64,000 nt of DNA, taken from NCBI RefSeq assembly GCF_000150275.1, contig NW_002060958.1:224966-288965 (forward strand), in the 5' to 3' direction. This DNA comes from Trichoplax adhaerens. Taxonomy: Eukaryota > Animalia > Placozoa. Of this stretch, positions 62,701 through 64,000 are shown piece after piece. Numbering within the stretch: the stretch's first letter is position 1; each line of letters starts with the position of its first letter. Under the pieces are notes generated by a model. It was not told where the DNA came from. It saw only the letters and a program-made list of their open reading frames with translations, and searched no databases. The position numbers and the translations under genes are program-made.

Positions 62701-63948
62701 GTGAAGTGAAATGCTTAATGAAGCAGTTATTATCCGCTGTCCAACATTTACATGATAACTGGATCTTACATCGTGACCTGAAAACTTCCAATTTACTTCT
62801 CAGCCATCAAGGCATTTTAAAAGTAGGCTACTGAAGCTGCAGTACTATCTTTACCCCATTATAATTCTCCATGTTAATATTTTACTTATGACTTTGCGAT
62901 AGGTTGGAGATTTTGGTTTGGCTAGAGAGTATGGATCTCCTCTAAAAGTTTACACTTCTATTGTGGTAACTTTATGGTATCGTTGCCCTGAACTACTTCT
63001 GGGTGTAAAGGTAACTATATAGTGATGACGTCTTGATAGTAAATGATGTTATGATCCTTAGGATTTTACCATTACTGTTATTATCAATATTGTTTTATAC
63101 GTTTATGCTATGTACTAAGTACTGTTTTATATTTTAGGAGTATTCTACTGCTGTTGATATGTGGTCTGTTGGCTGTATTTTTGGTGAATTTCTCGTAAAG
63201 AAGCCATTATTTCCGGGAAAATCAGAAATTGATCAGTTGAACAAGATTTTTAAGGTAAGATTGATTCAAACTACGCCAAGTCTTTCGACTCGTAACATGA
63301 AAAGTTCAATCATTCGCTTTATAGGACTTAGGCACCCCTAATGATCAAATATGGTCTGGATTTTCTGAATTGCCAGTTGCAAAGAAGGTTATAAGGACAC
63401 TATTACTTATTTCAAATTGTCGTAATGTAAACAATTGTACACGTAATGCATGTTACTGACTAAATTAAACCCATATGGTAGGTAACTTTTACGGAACAGC
63501 CGTACAACAGACTTAGAGATAGATTTGGAGCCTATTTAACTGATCAAGGATTTGATTTATTAAATAGGTAATAGAATTATTAATAATATATTGATGATTT
63601 CACATGCTAATCCTTGTTGCCATTAGCGCTAGAAACTCAATATCATTTTTGCTAAAAATCTTTCATCAGATTTTTGACTTACGATCCGAAAAAGAGAATA
63701 TCAGCCGAGGATGCGCTCAATCACGAATATTTTCAGGTAGTCAATATTGAAAGTTGTAGACTGTCGGATTACTTATGTTCAAAATTGTAATAATTCAAGT
63801 AAATACTGTATTATGCCCTCTACAGCAAGAGCCCCGACCTCTAGATCCCTCAATGTTTCCAACCTGGCCCGCCAAAAGTGAACTGATGAAACGCCCTAGT
63901 AAAGCTAATCGAAGCCCGACCGCTCCGGAGGGAGGCGGCATGTGTAAA
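59792..63948 (+). CDS. CDK11: Cyclin-dependent kinase 11 (PITSLRE, p110-type); 3' end lies beyond the window
   Basis: Exons: 59792-59933, 60537-60821, 61135-61525, 61615-61768, 61853-61961, 62076-62201, 62291-62412, 62521-62626, 62701-62822, 62903-63010, 63138-63254, 63325-63387, 63482-63567, 63670-63736, 63826-63948 (707 codons, GT-AG). N-terminal [22 protein letters not shown] motifs, RE/RS-rich and acidic regions, [72 protein letters not shown]. Confidence 0.96.
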
Positions 63949-64000
63949 GTAATTAATTCAATTCAGTGACAGACAATCCATCTTCGTAAATGACGTAGTA

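Overview
Eukaryotic (animal) genomic DNA: AT-rich and intron-dense, with mostly 60-150 nt introns. The style suggests a compact early-branching metazoan genome, most plausibly a placozoan such as Trichoplax (inference, not proven). Exon-by-exon reading on both strands gives six spliced protein-coding genes in strictly alternating orientation: PHF5A (-, 8486-10300), Njmu-R1/C17orf75 (+, 11486-15183), lethal giant larvae/LLGL (-, 17437-31095), drebrin-like/Abp1 (+, 43062-45573), Rab11-FIP3/4 (-, 48443-57305) and CDK11 (+, 59792 to beyond the window end). The ORF track misses PHF5A and nearly all of Njmu-R1. There is no prokaryotic-type system, CRISPR array, rRNA, tRNA or recognisable autonomous transposon. 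The most interesting signals are: (1) two minor-spliceosome (U12-type) introns, a GT-AG one in Lgl and an apparently non-canonical AT-AA one in Njmu-R1; (2) five perfect AP-1 sites within 83 bp upstream of Lgl; (3) TACAG/CTGTA arrays that cluster just upstream of gene starts; (4) a candidate alternative first coding exon of Lgl; (5) a lone internal Met in CDK11 positioned like the vertebrate p58 start; (6) a young Glu-rich coding minisatellite in the Lgl tail and a multiplied helical motif in Abp1; (7) many locus-specific degenerate tandem arrays. All homology calls come from recognising protein motifs from memory, not from a database search.
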